A DNA stretch of 64,000 bases from an uncultured Actinomycetes bacterium (GTDB taxonomy: Bacteria; Actinomycetota; Thermoleophilia; Gaiellales; JALYLC01), in assembly GCA_963743275.1 (NCBI GenBank), contig CAVUPB010000001.1:7776-71775 (forward strand), in the 5' to 3' direction. A model generated the notes under the pieces. That model did not search any database. It was not told where the DNA came from and saw only the letters and a program-made list of their open reading frames with translations. Numbering within the stretch: the stretch's first letter is position 1; every line of letters begins with the position of its first letter. Positions 1 through 9,618 of the stretch are shown piece by piece. The translations under genes and the position numbers were made by a program.

Positions 1-1054
1 CCCCGAGCGCGACGCGGAACGTCGTGCCGAAGCCGAGCACGCTCGCGACGTCCACCCAGCCGCCGTAGCTCTCCGCGATCGCCTTCACGATCGCGAGCCC
101 GAGGCCGCTGCCGCGGGTGCCGTCGGCGGAGGGGGCGCGGTAGAAGCGATCGAAGATGTAGGGCAGGGCGTCGCCGGCGATGCCCTCGCCGCAATCGCTC
201 ACCTCGAGCACGAGCGTCCGCCCGTGCGCATAGGCGGCGAGCGTCACGGGCGAGCCGTCCGGGGTGTGCCGCACGGCGTTCTCGATGAGGTTGTCGAGCA
301 GCAGGCCGATGTCCTGGCGCGCGCACGAGAGCTCCCCGCGAGCGCGCTCGCCGATCACGACGGGGCGCTTCGTGATGCGGCTCCAGCGCTGCACGGCGGC
401 GTCGAGCAGCTCATCCGCAGGGACGGCGCTGCGCGGGGCGCTGATCGCGGCGTCGAGCCGGGAGAGCGTGAGCAGCCCGGTCGCGAGCACGCGGCCGCGC
501 TGGAGCTCCTCGAGCACGACCCGCCGGGTCTCGTGGATCTCCTCGATCGTCGGAACCCGGTCGCCCCGGCCGAGCAGCTCGAGCTCGCCCCACGCGATCG
601 TGAGCGGCGTCATCAGCTCGTGCGAGGCGTTGGCGAAGAGCGCGCGCTCGTGCTCCACCGCCCGCTGCCGCTTGCGCACGTGCCAGGCCATCACGAGGAA
701 GAGCACGCACATCAGCGGGACCTCGGCGAGCTCCGTCGGGCTCTCGTGCCCGGTCTCGATCGAGCGCACGATCAGCAGGAAGGTGGGGATGGAGACGGCG
801 GCGAGCACGAGCAGGCTGCTGCGCACCGTCCACATGCGCAGGCCGAAGACGACGCTGACGCTGATGAAGATGAAGTGCACCGGAAACGCCTCGACGCCGT
901 GCCAGAGCGCGACCCACGCGAGGTTGGCGAGGCAGAAGAGGCCGAGCGCGAGCTCGGGGAGGTAGCGCCTCGCGGACGCACGCAGACGCGAGACCCCGGC
1001 GTGTGCGGCGGCGAGCGAGACGGGAACCCGTGGAATCGTCGTCCTGGCCTGCAT
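1..1054 (-). CDS. Sensor histidine kinase (partial; C-terminus lies beyond the left edge)
   Basis: Not in the ORF track because there is no stop in the window. My reverse-strand translation from ATG (complement of 1052-1054) stays open to position 1. It gives hydrophobic N-terminal segments, H-box LFANASHELMTPLT and HATPase motifs LLDNLIENAVRHTP, VSDCGEGI, GSGLGLAIVK. Confidence 0.85.
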   Translation of the reverse strand, partial: MQARTTIPRVPVSLAAAHAGVSRLRASARRYLPELALGLFCLANLAWVALWHGVEAFPVHFIFISVSVVFGLRMWTVRSSLLVLAAVSIPTFLLIVRSIETGHESPTELAEVPLMCVLFLVMAWHVRKRQRAVEHERALFANASHELMTPLTIAWGELELLGRGDRVPTIEEIHETRRVVLEELQRGRVLATGLLTLSRLDAAISAPRSAVPADELLDAAVQRWSRITKRPVVIGERARGELSCARQDIGLLLDNLIENAVRHTPDGSPVTLAAYAHGRTLVLEVSDCGEGIAGDALPYIFDRFYRAPSADGTRGSGLGLAIVKAIAESYGGWVDVASVLGFGTTFRVALG

Positions 1055-1307
1055 CGTCGCCTTCCTGGGGGCTGGAGGTGCCGAGAAGCGCAGCGCCAAG
1101 GTACGTCCGTCCGGCGTACGGCAGGCGGCACGTGACGAGGCTGTCATCCGCTCGTCATCGGGCCGGGCGCCGCCGCGCGCCCGGGCGATGCCGTAGGCTC
1201 GCCGCCCCATGCACCGGGGCGACAGCACGAAGGCGGCGCGCGGCAGCGCGCGGGCGTGCCCGAGACAGGGCATCGCGCTACCGCGCGCACATGCCGATGA
1301 CCCTCGT

Positions 1308-2369
1308 ATGCGCCGCTCCCCCACCCTCCGACTCGCGGCCGCGGTCATGCTCGCGCTCGTGCTCGCCGTCCTCGCGACGATCGGACCCGGGCCGGCGCAG
1401 GCGCGCAGCGCGCATCCCCGGGCGCTGTACTGGGGCGCCTGGATCGGAAGCCAGCTCACGGGCAAGGAGGCGCCGTGGGACGTCAACGCGCTCTCGGCCT
1501 TCGAGCGGCAGGTCGGCAAGCGCGCGTCGCTCGTCAACTTCTCCTCGCCCTGGCAGGACTGCAGTGCGGATCCGTGCACGTACTACGCGTTCGACAAGGT
1601 CGCGATGGACACGATCCGCGAGCACGGCGCGATCCCGTTCTTCAGCTGGGGCTCCGACTCGCTGCCGTTCAAGGTCGCGCAGCCCCGCTTCTCGCTGGCG
1701 TCGATCATCGCGGGGAAGTGGGACCCGTACCTCACGAGCTGGGCGAGCGACGCGAAGGCGTGGGGCCACCCGTTCTTCCTGCGGCTGAACTGGGAGATGA
1801 ACGGCAACTGGTTCCCGTGGTCGGTCGGCGTCAACGGCAACACGGCGGCGCAGTACGTGCAGGCCTGGCGCCACATCCACGACGTCTTCACGTCGGTGGG
1901 CGCGACGAACGTGACCTGGGTGTGGTGCCCGAACATCGACCCCGCGCACCGCTACGCCTCGCTGAAGTCGACGTATCCCGGCGACGCCTACGTCGACTGG
2001 ACCGGCCTCGACGGCTACAACTGGGGCACGCCGTGGCGGTCGTTCGACCAGCTCTTCCGCTCGACCTACCGGCAGCTCGTGACGCGCGTCGCGCCCGGCA
2101 AGCCGCTCGTGATCGCGGAGACGGCGTCGACCGAGCACCGGGGATCGAAGGCGCGCTGGATCACCCAGTTGCTGACGGCCGACCTCCCGCGGGCCTACCC
2201 GCGCGTCAAGGCGTTCGTCTGGTTCGACAAGTTCGACTCCAGCATGGACTGGCCGCTCACGACGTCGAAGCGCGCGCGGGCCGCCTTCGCGGCGGGCATC
2301 CGGGCCGGCGTGTACGCGCCGGGCCGCTTCGGCTCGCTCGACGGGACGACGATCCAGCCGCTCGCCTGA
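1308..2369 (+). CDS. Glycoside hydrolase family 26-like (beta-mannanase-type) secreted protein
   Basis: ORF 1209..2369. Preferred start is ATG 1308 (MRRSPTLRLAAAVMLALVLAVLA, signal/TM-like). GH26-type block GHPFFLRLNWEMNGNWFPW. Clear paralogue of 11220..12365. Confidence 0.8.
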   Translation: MRRSPTLRLAAAVMLALVLAVLATIGPGPAQARSAHPRALYWGAWIGSQLTGKEAPWDVNALSAFERQVGKRASLVNFSSPWQDCSADPCTYYAFDKVAMDTIREHGAIPFFSWGSDSLPFKVAQPRFSLASIIAGKWDPYLTSWASDAKAWGHPFFLRLNWEMNGNWFPWSVGVNGNTAAQYVQAWRHIHDVFTSVGATNVTWVWCPNIDPAHRYASLKSTYPGDAYVDWTGLDGYNWGTPWRSFDQLFRSTYRQLVTRVAPGKPLVIAETASTEHRGSKARWITQLLTADLPRAYPRVKAFVWFDKFDSSMDWPLTTSKRARAAFAAGIRAGVYAPGRFGSLDGTTIQPLA

Positions 2370-2435
2370 GATCGCGGGGCCGCGCGCGTCAGTATCCTCG
2401 GAGCGGGACGACGCCGCAACGACGGAAGACAGGTC

Positions 2436-3982
2436 TTGACGCCGAGCGAGGAGCACTTCGACATCCGCGACCTCCTGGACGGAGAGGAGCGCACGCCGCG
2501 GCTCGTCAAGGTGCTCGACCAGGGCCGCTGCATCGGCTGCCACGCCTGCACGACCGCCTGCAAGTCGGAGAACCTCGTGCCGCTCGGGGTCACGCGCACG
2601 TACGTGAAGGCCGTCGAGGTGGGCGAGTTCCCGCAGGCCGGCCGCTCGTTCCAGGTCACGCGCTGCAACCAGTGCGCCGACGCCGCCGTGCGTCACGGCC
2701 TGCCCGACCGCAGCGATGTTCACGCGCCCGGACGGCATCGTCGACTTCGAGAAGTCGGTCTGCATCGGCTGCAAGGCGTGCATGGCGGCCTGCCCCTACG
2801 ACGCGATCTTCATCAACCCCGAGGATCACTCGGCCGAGAAGTGCAACTTCTGCGCGCACCGCATCGACGCGGGCCTCGAGCCGGCCTGCGTCGTCGTCTG
2901 CCCGGTCGAGGCGATCCTCGTCGGCGACCTCGACGATCCCAGCTCGCGCGTCGCGCAGATCGTCAACCGCGAGGCGGTCAGCGTACGCAAGCCCGAGAAG
3001 GAGACGCGGCCGGCGGTCTTCTACACGGGCGCCCACCAGGCGACGCTCGATCCGCTCGCGGCGCGGCGGCCCGACGGCGGCCTGTTCATGTGGAGCGAGC
3101 AGGGGAACGTGCCGCATCAGGTCGCCTCGGGCACGCCGGCGGGCGCGAACTCCTCGGCGGCGGCGCTGCTCGCCTACGACGTGCCGCACCGCGCGCCGTG
3201 GGACTGGCGGGTCAGCCTCTACACCTGGACGAAGGGGATCGCCGCCGGCGCCTACCTCGTGGCTGCGGCGCTCGCGCTCGCCGGGACGATCTCGTGGTCG
3301 GACTCGCTGTGGCTGTGGACGGCACCGCTGATCGCGCTCGCGCTGCTGGCCGCCACCGGGGTCGTCCTGATCGCCGACCTCGAGCATCCCGCGCGCTTCT
3401 ACCTGCTGCTCACGCGGCCGCAGTGGCGCAGCTGGCTCGTGCGCGGGGCCGTCATCATCGGCGCCTACGGCGGGGTGCTCGCCGTGCACCTGCTGGGCTC
3501 GCTCGCCGGCGTGCGCGATCTCCAGGAGTGGCTCGCGATCGCCGGTGCCCCGCTCGCCGCCGCGACCGCCGTCTACACCGCGTACCTGTTCGCCCAGGCC
3601 AAGGCGCGCGACCTCTGGCAGAGCCCGCTGCTCGCCCCGCACATGCTCGTCCAGGCGGTGCTGCTCGGCGCCGCGGTGCTGCTGCCGTTCGACCACGCCG
3701 CGCACGAGCTGCGCTGGATCCTCGCCGGCCGCGGCGCTCGCCCACGTCGCCCTCGCGCTCGGCGAGATCTCGCTCACGCACCCGACCGCGCACGCGCACC
3801 TCGCCGTGCGGGAGCTGACGCGCGGGCGCTACGCGCTGCCGTTCTGGCTCGGGCTCGCGCTCGCGGCGGCGGCGGTCGCTGCGCCCGCGATCGGCGTCGT
3901 CGCGATCGCCCCGGCGCTCGCGGGCGTGCTGCTGCACGAGCACGCCTACGTGCAGTCGGGCCAGGCGGTGCCGCTCGCATGA
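2436..3982 (+). pseudogene. 4Fe-4S ferredoxin (NrfC/PsrB/DmsB-like) fused to NrfD/PsrC-like membrane anchor; needs two frame changes
   Basis: Frame of 2436 (CIGCHACTTACKSEN ... RCNQCADA) must switch near 2688 to the frame of 2716 (PCVTACPTAAMFTRPDGIVDFEKSVCIGCKACMAACPYD ... CNFCAHRIDAGLEPACVVVCP, then a multi-TM region). It must switch again near 3730 to the frame of 3545..3982 (AALAHVALALGEISLTHP ... YVQSGQAVPLA*). The stop overlaps the next ATG (ATGA at 3979-3982). Confidence 0.8.
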
Positions 3983-6897
3983 GCCTCCGCCGCCTCGAAG
4001 AGCGCCTGTCGCGCGGCCAAGCGCGCGACGCTCGCGCGCGGCGAGACGTTCTACCCGGGCCCGAGCCGCGTGCACCTCGCGGCCTTCCCGCCCAAGGAGC
4101 GCTGGGACGACTGGGTCGAGCTCGACTCGCGCGCCTGGCCGCACGCGAGCGGCACTACGTGCTCGTGCCGACCACCTGCTTCAACTGCGAGTCCGCCTGC
4201 GGGCTGCTCGCCTACGTCGATCGCGAGACGCTGACGGTGCGCAAGTTCGAGGGCAACCCCGAGCACCCGGGCTCGCGCGGGCGCAACTGCGCCAAGGGCC
4301 CGGCGACGATCAACCAGGTCACCGACCCCGACCGCATCCTCTACCCGCTGCGGCGCGCGGGCGCGCGCGGCGAGGGCCGCTGGGAGCGCGTGTCGTGGGA
4401 CGAGGCGCTCGACGACATCGCGCGCGCGCATCCGCCGCGCGATCACCGAGGCGCGCCCGAACGAGGTCATGTACCACGTCGGCCGCCCCGGCGAGGACGG
4501 CTTCACCGAGCGCGTGCTCGCGGCCTGGGGCGTCGACGGGCACAACTCGCACACGAACATCTGCTCCTCGGGCGGGCGCGCCGGCTACCACTGGTGGATG
4601 GGCCTCGACCGGCCGAGCCCCGACCACGCCAACGCCGACGTGATCCTGCTCATCAGCTGCGCACCTCGAGTCGGGCCACTACTTCAACCCGCACGCGCAG
4701 CGGATCATCGAGGCCCGCGAGCGCGGCGCCAAGCTGATCGTGCTCGACACCCGGCTCTCGAACACGGCGACGAAGGCCGACCACTGGCTCGCGCCCGTGC
4801 CGGGCTCGCGAGGCCGCGATGCTGCTCGCGATCGCGAGCCACCTCATCCGCAGCGGCCGCTACGACCGCGAGTTCGTGCGCCGCTGGTGGAACTGGCAGG
4901 AGTACCTCGCAGCACGAGCACCCCGGCGGGCCGCAGACGTTCGAGGAGTTCGAGCGCGTGCTCGCCGATCTGTACGCGCAGTACACGTTCGAGTTCGCCG
5001 AGCGGGAGTCCGGCATCGCGGCCGCGGTGCTGCGCGAGGTCGCGGACGTGATCGCCTCGGCCGGCACGCGGCTCTCCTCGCACGTCTGGCGCATCGGCGT
5101 CGGCCGGCAACCTCGGCGGCTGGCAGGTCGCGCGCACGCTCTTCCTGCTGAACGCGCTGCTCGGCGCCGTCGCGGTCGAGGGCGGCACCTACCCGAACGC
5201 GTGGAACAAGTTCGTGCCGAAGCCGATGTACCTGCCCGCGCCACCCGCCGCAGTGGAACGAGCTGACCTGGCCCGAGGAGTACCCGCTCGCGATGAACGA
5301 GATGTCGTTCCTGCTGCCGCACCTGCTCAAGGAGGGCGGCGGGCCGCTCGACGTCTACTTCACGCGCGTCTACAACCCCGTGTGGACGAACCCGGACGGC
5401 TTCTCGTGGATCGAGGCGCTCACGGACGAGGCGCTCGTCGGCCTGCACGTGGCGCTGACGCCGACCTGGAGCGAGACCGCGTTCTTGGCCGACTACGTGC
5501 TGCCGATGGGCCACAGCTCGGAGCGGCACGACATCCACTCCTACGAGCAGTACGACGGCCAGTGGATCGGCTTCCGCCAGCCCGTGCTGCGCGCCGCGCG
5601 CGAGCGGCTCGGCGAGACCATCCGCGACACGCGCGAGGTCAACCCGGGCGAGGTCTGGGAGGAGAACGAGTTCTGGATCGAGCTCTCCTGGCGCATCGAC
5701 CCGGACGGCTCGCTCGGCATCCGCCGCTTCTTCGAGTCGCAAGGAGCGGCCGGGCGAGAAGCTCGGCGTCGACGAGTACTACGCCTGGATCTTCGAGCAC
5801 TCCGTTCCCGGGCTGCCCGAGCGCGCGGCCGCCGAGGGCTTGACCCCGCTCGCGTGGATGCGCCGCTACGGCGCGTTCGAGGTGACGCGCGGCGTCGGGC
5901 CGCTGCACGAGCAGCCCGTGCCCGACGCGGAGCTCGAGGACGTCGCGACGGGCGAGCACGGCCGCGTCTACTCGCGCGCGCCGAAGCCCGACTCGCCCAA
6001 CGTCGTGCCGATGCCGACGCCCGAGCCCGACGCGGACGGCCGGCGGCCGGTCGGCGTCGAGGTCGACGGCGCGGTGCTGCGCGGCTTGCCGACGCCGAGC
6101 GGCCGGCTCGAGTTCTACTCGCGCACGCTCGCCGAGTGGGGCTGGCCCGAGGCGGCGGTGCCGACGTACATCCGCAGCCACGTCCATCCCGACAACCTCG
6201 AGCCGGGCCAGATGCCGTCCTGATCGCGACGTTCCGCCTGCCGGTCCAGATCCACACGCGCTCCGCGAACGCGAAATGGCTCGACGAGATCGCCCACACG
6301 AACCCGCTGTGGCTGCACCCGCGCGACGCCGAGCGCATCGGCGTGCGCACCGGCGACCTCGTGCGGGTCGAGACCGAGATCGGCCACTTCGTCGTCAAGG
6401 CGTGGGTGACCGAGGGCATCCGCCCCGGCGTCGTCGCCTGCAGCCACCACATGGGGCGCTGGAAGCCCGAGGGCCAGACCGGCGGCCAGCGCCAGTCGAT
6501 GGCGACCGTCGCGCTCGAGCACGCGGGCAGCGACTGGACGATCCGCCGCCGCGCCGGGGTCGCGCCGTTCGCATCGTCCGACCCGGACACGAAGCGGATC
6601 TGGTGGACCGACGTCGGCGTGCACCAGAACCTCGCGTTCCCCGTCCACCCCGACCCCGTCTCGGGCATGCACTGCTGGCACCAGGCCGTGCACGTGCGCA
6701 AGGCCGGCCCGGGCGACGCCTACGGCGACATCGCCGTCGACACCGCCGCCTCGCGCGCGGTCTACGAGCGCTGGCTCGCCGAGACACGGCCGGCGCGGGC
6801 GACCTCGCCCGACGGGACGCGCCGGCCCTACTGGCTGCTGCGCCCGCTCAAGCCCGGCAAGGACGTCTACCGGCTGCCCGCGCAGCGCGACGCCTGA
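3979..6897 (+). pseudogene. Molybdopterin (bis-MGD) oxidoreductase catalytic subunit, no obvious Tat signal; about 10 frame changes
   Basis: Conserved blocks are spread over all three + frames: MSLRRLEERLS / KRATLARGETFYPGPSRVHLAAFPPKERWDDWVELDSRAWP / ERHYVLVPTTCFNCESACGLLAYVD...NCAKGPATINQ / IRRAITEARPNEVMYHVGRPGEDG...ADVILLIS / HLESGHYFNPHAQRIIEARERGAKLIVLDTRLSNTATKADHWLAPVPGS / EAAMLLAIASHLIRSGRYDREFVRRWWNWQEYL / QHEHPGGPQTFEEF... / GNLGGWQVARTLFLLNALLG...KPMYLPAPP / QWNELTWPEEYPLAMNEMSFLL...IRRFFES / KERPGEKLGVDEYYAWIF...EPGQMP / VLIATFRLPVQIHTRSANAKWLDEIAHTNPLWLHPRDA...*. Switches lie at roughly 4013, 4140, 4425, 4658, 4808, 4908, 5096, 5255, 5745 and 6215. Confidence 0.8.
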
Positions 6898-7742
6898 TGG
6901 AGCTCTTCCGCGCGCTCGGCGCCCTCTGCGAGCCGCCCGCTCCGGCCCACGGGCGGCTGGCCGAGGCGCTCGGGATCGCCGGCGAGGCGCGCGGCGACGA
7001 CTACGCCGAGCTCTTCCTCTTCCAGCTCTATCCCTACGCGTCGGTGTATCTCGGGGCCGAGGGCATGCTCGGCGGCGAGGCGCGCGACCGCATCGCCGGC
7101 TTCTGGCGTGCGCTCGGGCTCGTGCCGCCGTCCGAGCCCGACCACCTCGCCGCCCTGCTCGGCCTCTACGCCTCGCTCGCCGAGCGGGAGCGCGACGAGC
7201 CGGACGCGGCGCGCCGGCTGCTGCTGCGGCAGGCGCGGGGGACGCTCCTGCACGAGCACCTGCTGAGCTGGAGCGGCCCGTATCTCGCCAAGCTCGGCGA
7301 GCTCGCACCGCCGTACTACGCGGCGTGGGGCGCGCTGCTGGACGAGGCGCTCGCGGCCGAGGCCGCCGAGCTCGGCCCGCCGGCCGGCCTCGCGCCGGCG
7401 CTGCGCGAAGCGCCGGCGCTCGAGGCCCCGGCCGCGATCGGCGGGAAGGCCTTCCTCGAGCAGCTGCTGGCGCCCGCGCGCACCGGCGTGATCATCGTCC
7501 GCGACGACCTCGTTGCCGCCGCACGCGAGCTCGCGCTCGGCGTGCGCGTCGCGGAGCGGCGCTACGTGCTCGAGGCGCTCGTGCAGCAGGACGCCGCAGC
7601 GACCCTGACGTGGCTCTCGGGCTACGCCGCTGCCTGGTCGCAGCGCCATGACTCGCCCCACTGGCACGCGCGAGCTGCGGCCACCGCCGCCGTGCTCGCG
7701 GAGGCTTCGCGTGCGGCGGCCGAAAGGCCGGTGCACGCGTAG
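6897..7742 (+). CDS. TorD/DmsD-family molybdoenzyme maturation chaperone-like protein
   Basis: In-frame part of ORF 6276..7742 starting at ATG 6897, which overlaps the upstream stop (TGATG). MELFRALGALCEPP...YAELFLFQLYPYASVYLGAEGMLGGEA...DHLAALLGLYASL. Uninterrupted frame. Position directly after a Mo-enzyme gene. Confidence 0.65.
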   Translation: MELFRALGALCEPPAPAHGRLAEALGIAGEARGDDYAELFLFQLYPYASVYLGAEGMLGGEARDRIAGFWRALGLVPPSEPDHLAALLGLYASLAERERDEPDAARRLLLRQARGTLLHEHLLSWSGPYLAKLGELAPPYYAAWGALLDEALAAEAAELGPPAGLAPALREAPALEAPAAIGGKAFLEQLLAPARTGVIIVRDDLVAAARELALGVRVAERRYVLEALVQQDAAATLTWLSGYAAAWSQRHDSPHWHARAAATAAVLAEASRAAAERPVHA

Positions 7743-7834
7743 AGGAGGCCGGCATCGGCGCGGAGCCGCCGCGGCGCCGCCGGCCGTGGGCGGGCGTCCG
7801 CCTGCAATGGCAGGACGTCCTCGCCGGCGTCTCG

Positions 7835-9286
7835 GTGGCCGTCGTGCTCGTGCCGCAGTCGCTCGCGTACGCCCAGCTCGCCGGGATGCCGGCCTATCGG
7901 GGCCTCTTCGCCGCCGCCATCCCGCCGCTCGTCGCAGCGCCGCTGGCCTCGTCGCCCTACCTGCAGCCGGGGCCCACCGCGATCAGCGCGCTGCTCACCT
8001 ACGGAGCGCTCAGCCCGCTCGCACCGATCGGGAGCGACCGCTACATCGCGCTGGGGCTGCTGCTCGCGCTCCTGGTGGGCGTCGTCCGCGTCGCCGTGGG
8101 CCTCCTCCGCGCCGGAGTCATCGCCTACCTGATGTCGCAGCCGCTGCTGATCGGCTTCGTCCCCGGCGCCGGCATCCTGATCATCGCCTCGCAGCTCCCG
8201 GTCGCGCTCGGCGCGCCCGCACACGGCCACCACGAGCTCTATCGCGCCGGCTGGGCCCTCGTCCACGTGTCGGACTGGCGCTCCGGCGCGATCGCCATCG
8301 CGGTGATCGCGTCCGCGCTGCTGCTGTTCGGCCGGCACCTCCACCCGCTCTTTCCGGGCGTGCTGATCGCGATCGTCCTCGCGCTGCTCTACAGCAAGTT
8401 CGCCGGCTACGGCGGCCCGAAGCTCGGCACCGTCCACTCGGGCCTGCCGCCGCTCACCACGTCCCTCCCGCTCGGCCAGGTCGCGCACCTGATCGTGCCC
8501 GCGCTCGTGATCGCCCTGCTCGGCTTCGCCGAGGCCGCGTCGATCGCGCGCACCTATGCGGCGCTCGATCGCAAGCGCTGGGATGCCAACCGCGAGTTTC
8601 TCGCGCAGGGCGTCGCCAACCTCGGCGCGGGCGCGTTCGGCGGCTTCCCCGTCGGCGCCTCGTTCTCGCGCAGCGCACTCAACCGGCTCGCCGGCGCCCG
8701 TACGAACATGAGCGGGCTCGTCACCGGTCTCGCCGTGTGCGCGTTCCTGCCGCTCGGGTTCCTGCTCGAGCGCCTCCCGCAGTCGGTCCTGGCCGCGACC
8801 GTGATCGTCGCCGTGATCCCGCTCGTCCGGGTCGACCGCATCGTGGAGATCGCCAGGCTGTCATGGGCCCAGGGAAGCGTGGCGCTCACCGCGTTCGCGC
8901 TCACGCTTGCGCTCGCGCCGCACGTGGAATGGGCGATCGTGGCCGCGATCGTGCTCTCGGTCGCGATCCATCTCTGGCGCGAGCTGCGCCTCGACGTCAC
9001 CTCGGCGAGACGCGGCGAGACGCTCGAGCTGAACCCGCAAGGCGTCCTCTGGTTCGGCACCGCGAGAATGCTCGAGGACCGCTTCATCGACCTCCTCGCC
9101 GGGCATTCCGAGGCGACGCAGCTCATCATCCACCTCGACGGACTGGGCCGCATCGACCTGACCGGGGCGCTCGCGCTCAAGACGCTGATCGCCGACGCCG
9201 AGGGCGCGGGCCTCAGCGTCTCGCTGCAAGGCACCCCCCTGCACGCGGGCCGGGTGCTCCGGCGCGTGCTGGGCGGCGATTTCTAA
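7835..9286 (+). CDS. SulP-family anion (sulfate-type) transporter with C-terminal STAS domain
   Basis: ORF 7835..9286: VLVPQSLAYAQLAGMPAYRGLFAA..., many TM segments, STAS-like tail (LIIHLDGLGRIDLTGALALKTLIADAEGAGL). The conserved N-terminus continues in frame upstream to about 7754 without a canonical start (see findings). Confidence 0.9.
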   Translation: MAVVLVPQSLAYAQLAGMPAYRGLFAAAIPPLVAAPLASSPYLQPGPTAISALLTYGALSPLAPIGSDRYIALGLLLALLVGVVRVAVGLLRAGVIAYLMSQPLLIGFVPGAGILIIASQLPVALGAPAHGHHELYRAGWALVHVSDWRSGAIAIAVIASALLLFGRHLHPLFPGVLIAIVLALLYSKFAGYGGPKLGTVHSGLPPLTTSLPLGQVAHLIVPALVIALLGFAEAASIARTYAALDRKRWDANREFLAQGVANLGAGAFGGFPVGASFSRSALNRLAGARTNMSGLVTGLAVCAFLPLGFLLERLPQSVLAATVIVAVIPLVRVDRIVEIARLSWAQGSVALTAFALTLALAPHVEWAIVAAIVLSVAIHLWRELRLDVTSARRGETLELNPQGVLWFGTARMLEDRFIDLLAGHSEATQLIIHLDGLGRIDLTGALALKTLIADAEGAGLSVSLQGTPLHAGRVLRRVLGGDF

Positions 9287-9618
9287 TCCGTCGTGGTCGG
9301 GAGGCTGGCGCGCTGCCAGGCGGTCATGCCCCCGTGCACGTTGAGCGCCACGAGGCCGTGGCTGCGCGCGACGGCGCAGGCCGCGGCGGAGCGGTGACCG
9401 GAGCGGCAGATGAACGCGACGGGCTTGCCCTGCTGGACGAGTGCGTCGATCGCCCGGGGAAGGGAGGTCAGCGGGATGTGCCGCGCGCGCGGAGCGCGCC
9501 CCCGGCGCCACTCGGCCGGCTCCCTGACGTCGACGAGCACGAGCTCGCCCGCCTCGAGGCGGCGCGCGGCTTCGCCGACGCCGATCGCGTCGGCGCGCTG
9601 GAAGAGGTTGCGCAGCAT
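9283..9618 (-). CDS. Single-domain rhodanese (sulfurtransferase)
   Basis: Internal ATG 9618 of ORF 9283..9879 (MLRNLFQRADAIGVGEAARRLEAGELVLVDVREPAEW...). Active-site loop FICRSGHRS. The start overlaps the upstream stop (TGATG). Confidence 0.85.
   Translation of the reverse strand: MLRNLFQRADAIGVGEAARRLEAGELVLVDVREPAEWRRGRAPRARHIPLTSLPRAIDALVQQGKPVAFICRSGHRSAAACAVARSHGLVALNVHGGMTAWQRASLPTTTD

Noticed and set aside
5293-6897. Apparently intact 534-aa ORF in the track
   Set aside because: Only its first ~150 aa and last ~225 aa look like real Mo-enzyme sequence. The middle (RRRRVLRLDLRALRSRAARARG...) is out-of-frame filler. The true sequence for that part lies in the frame of 5840..6223, so I treat it as a segment of the frameshifted catalytic-subunit gene.
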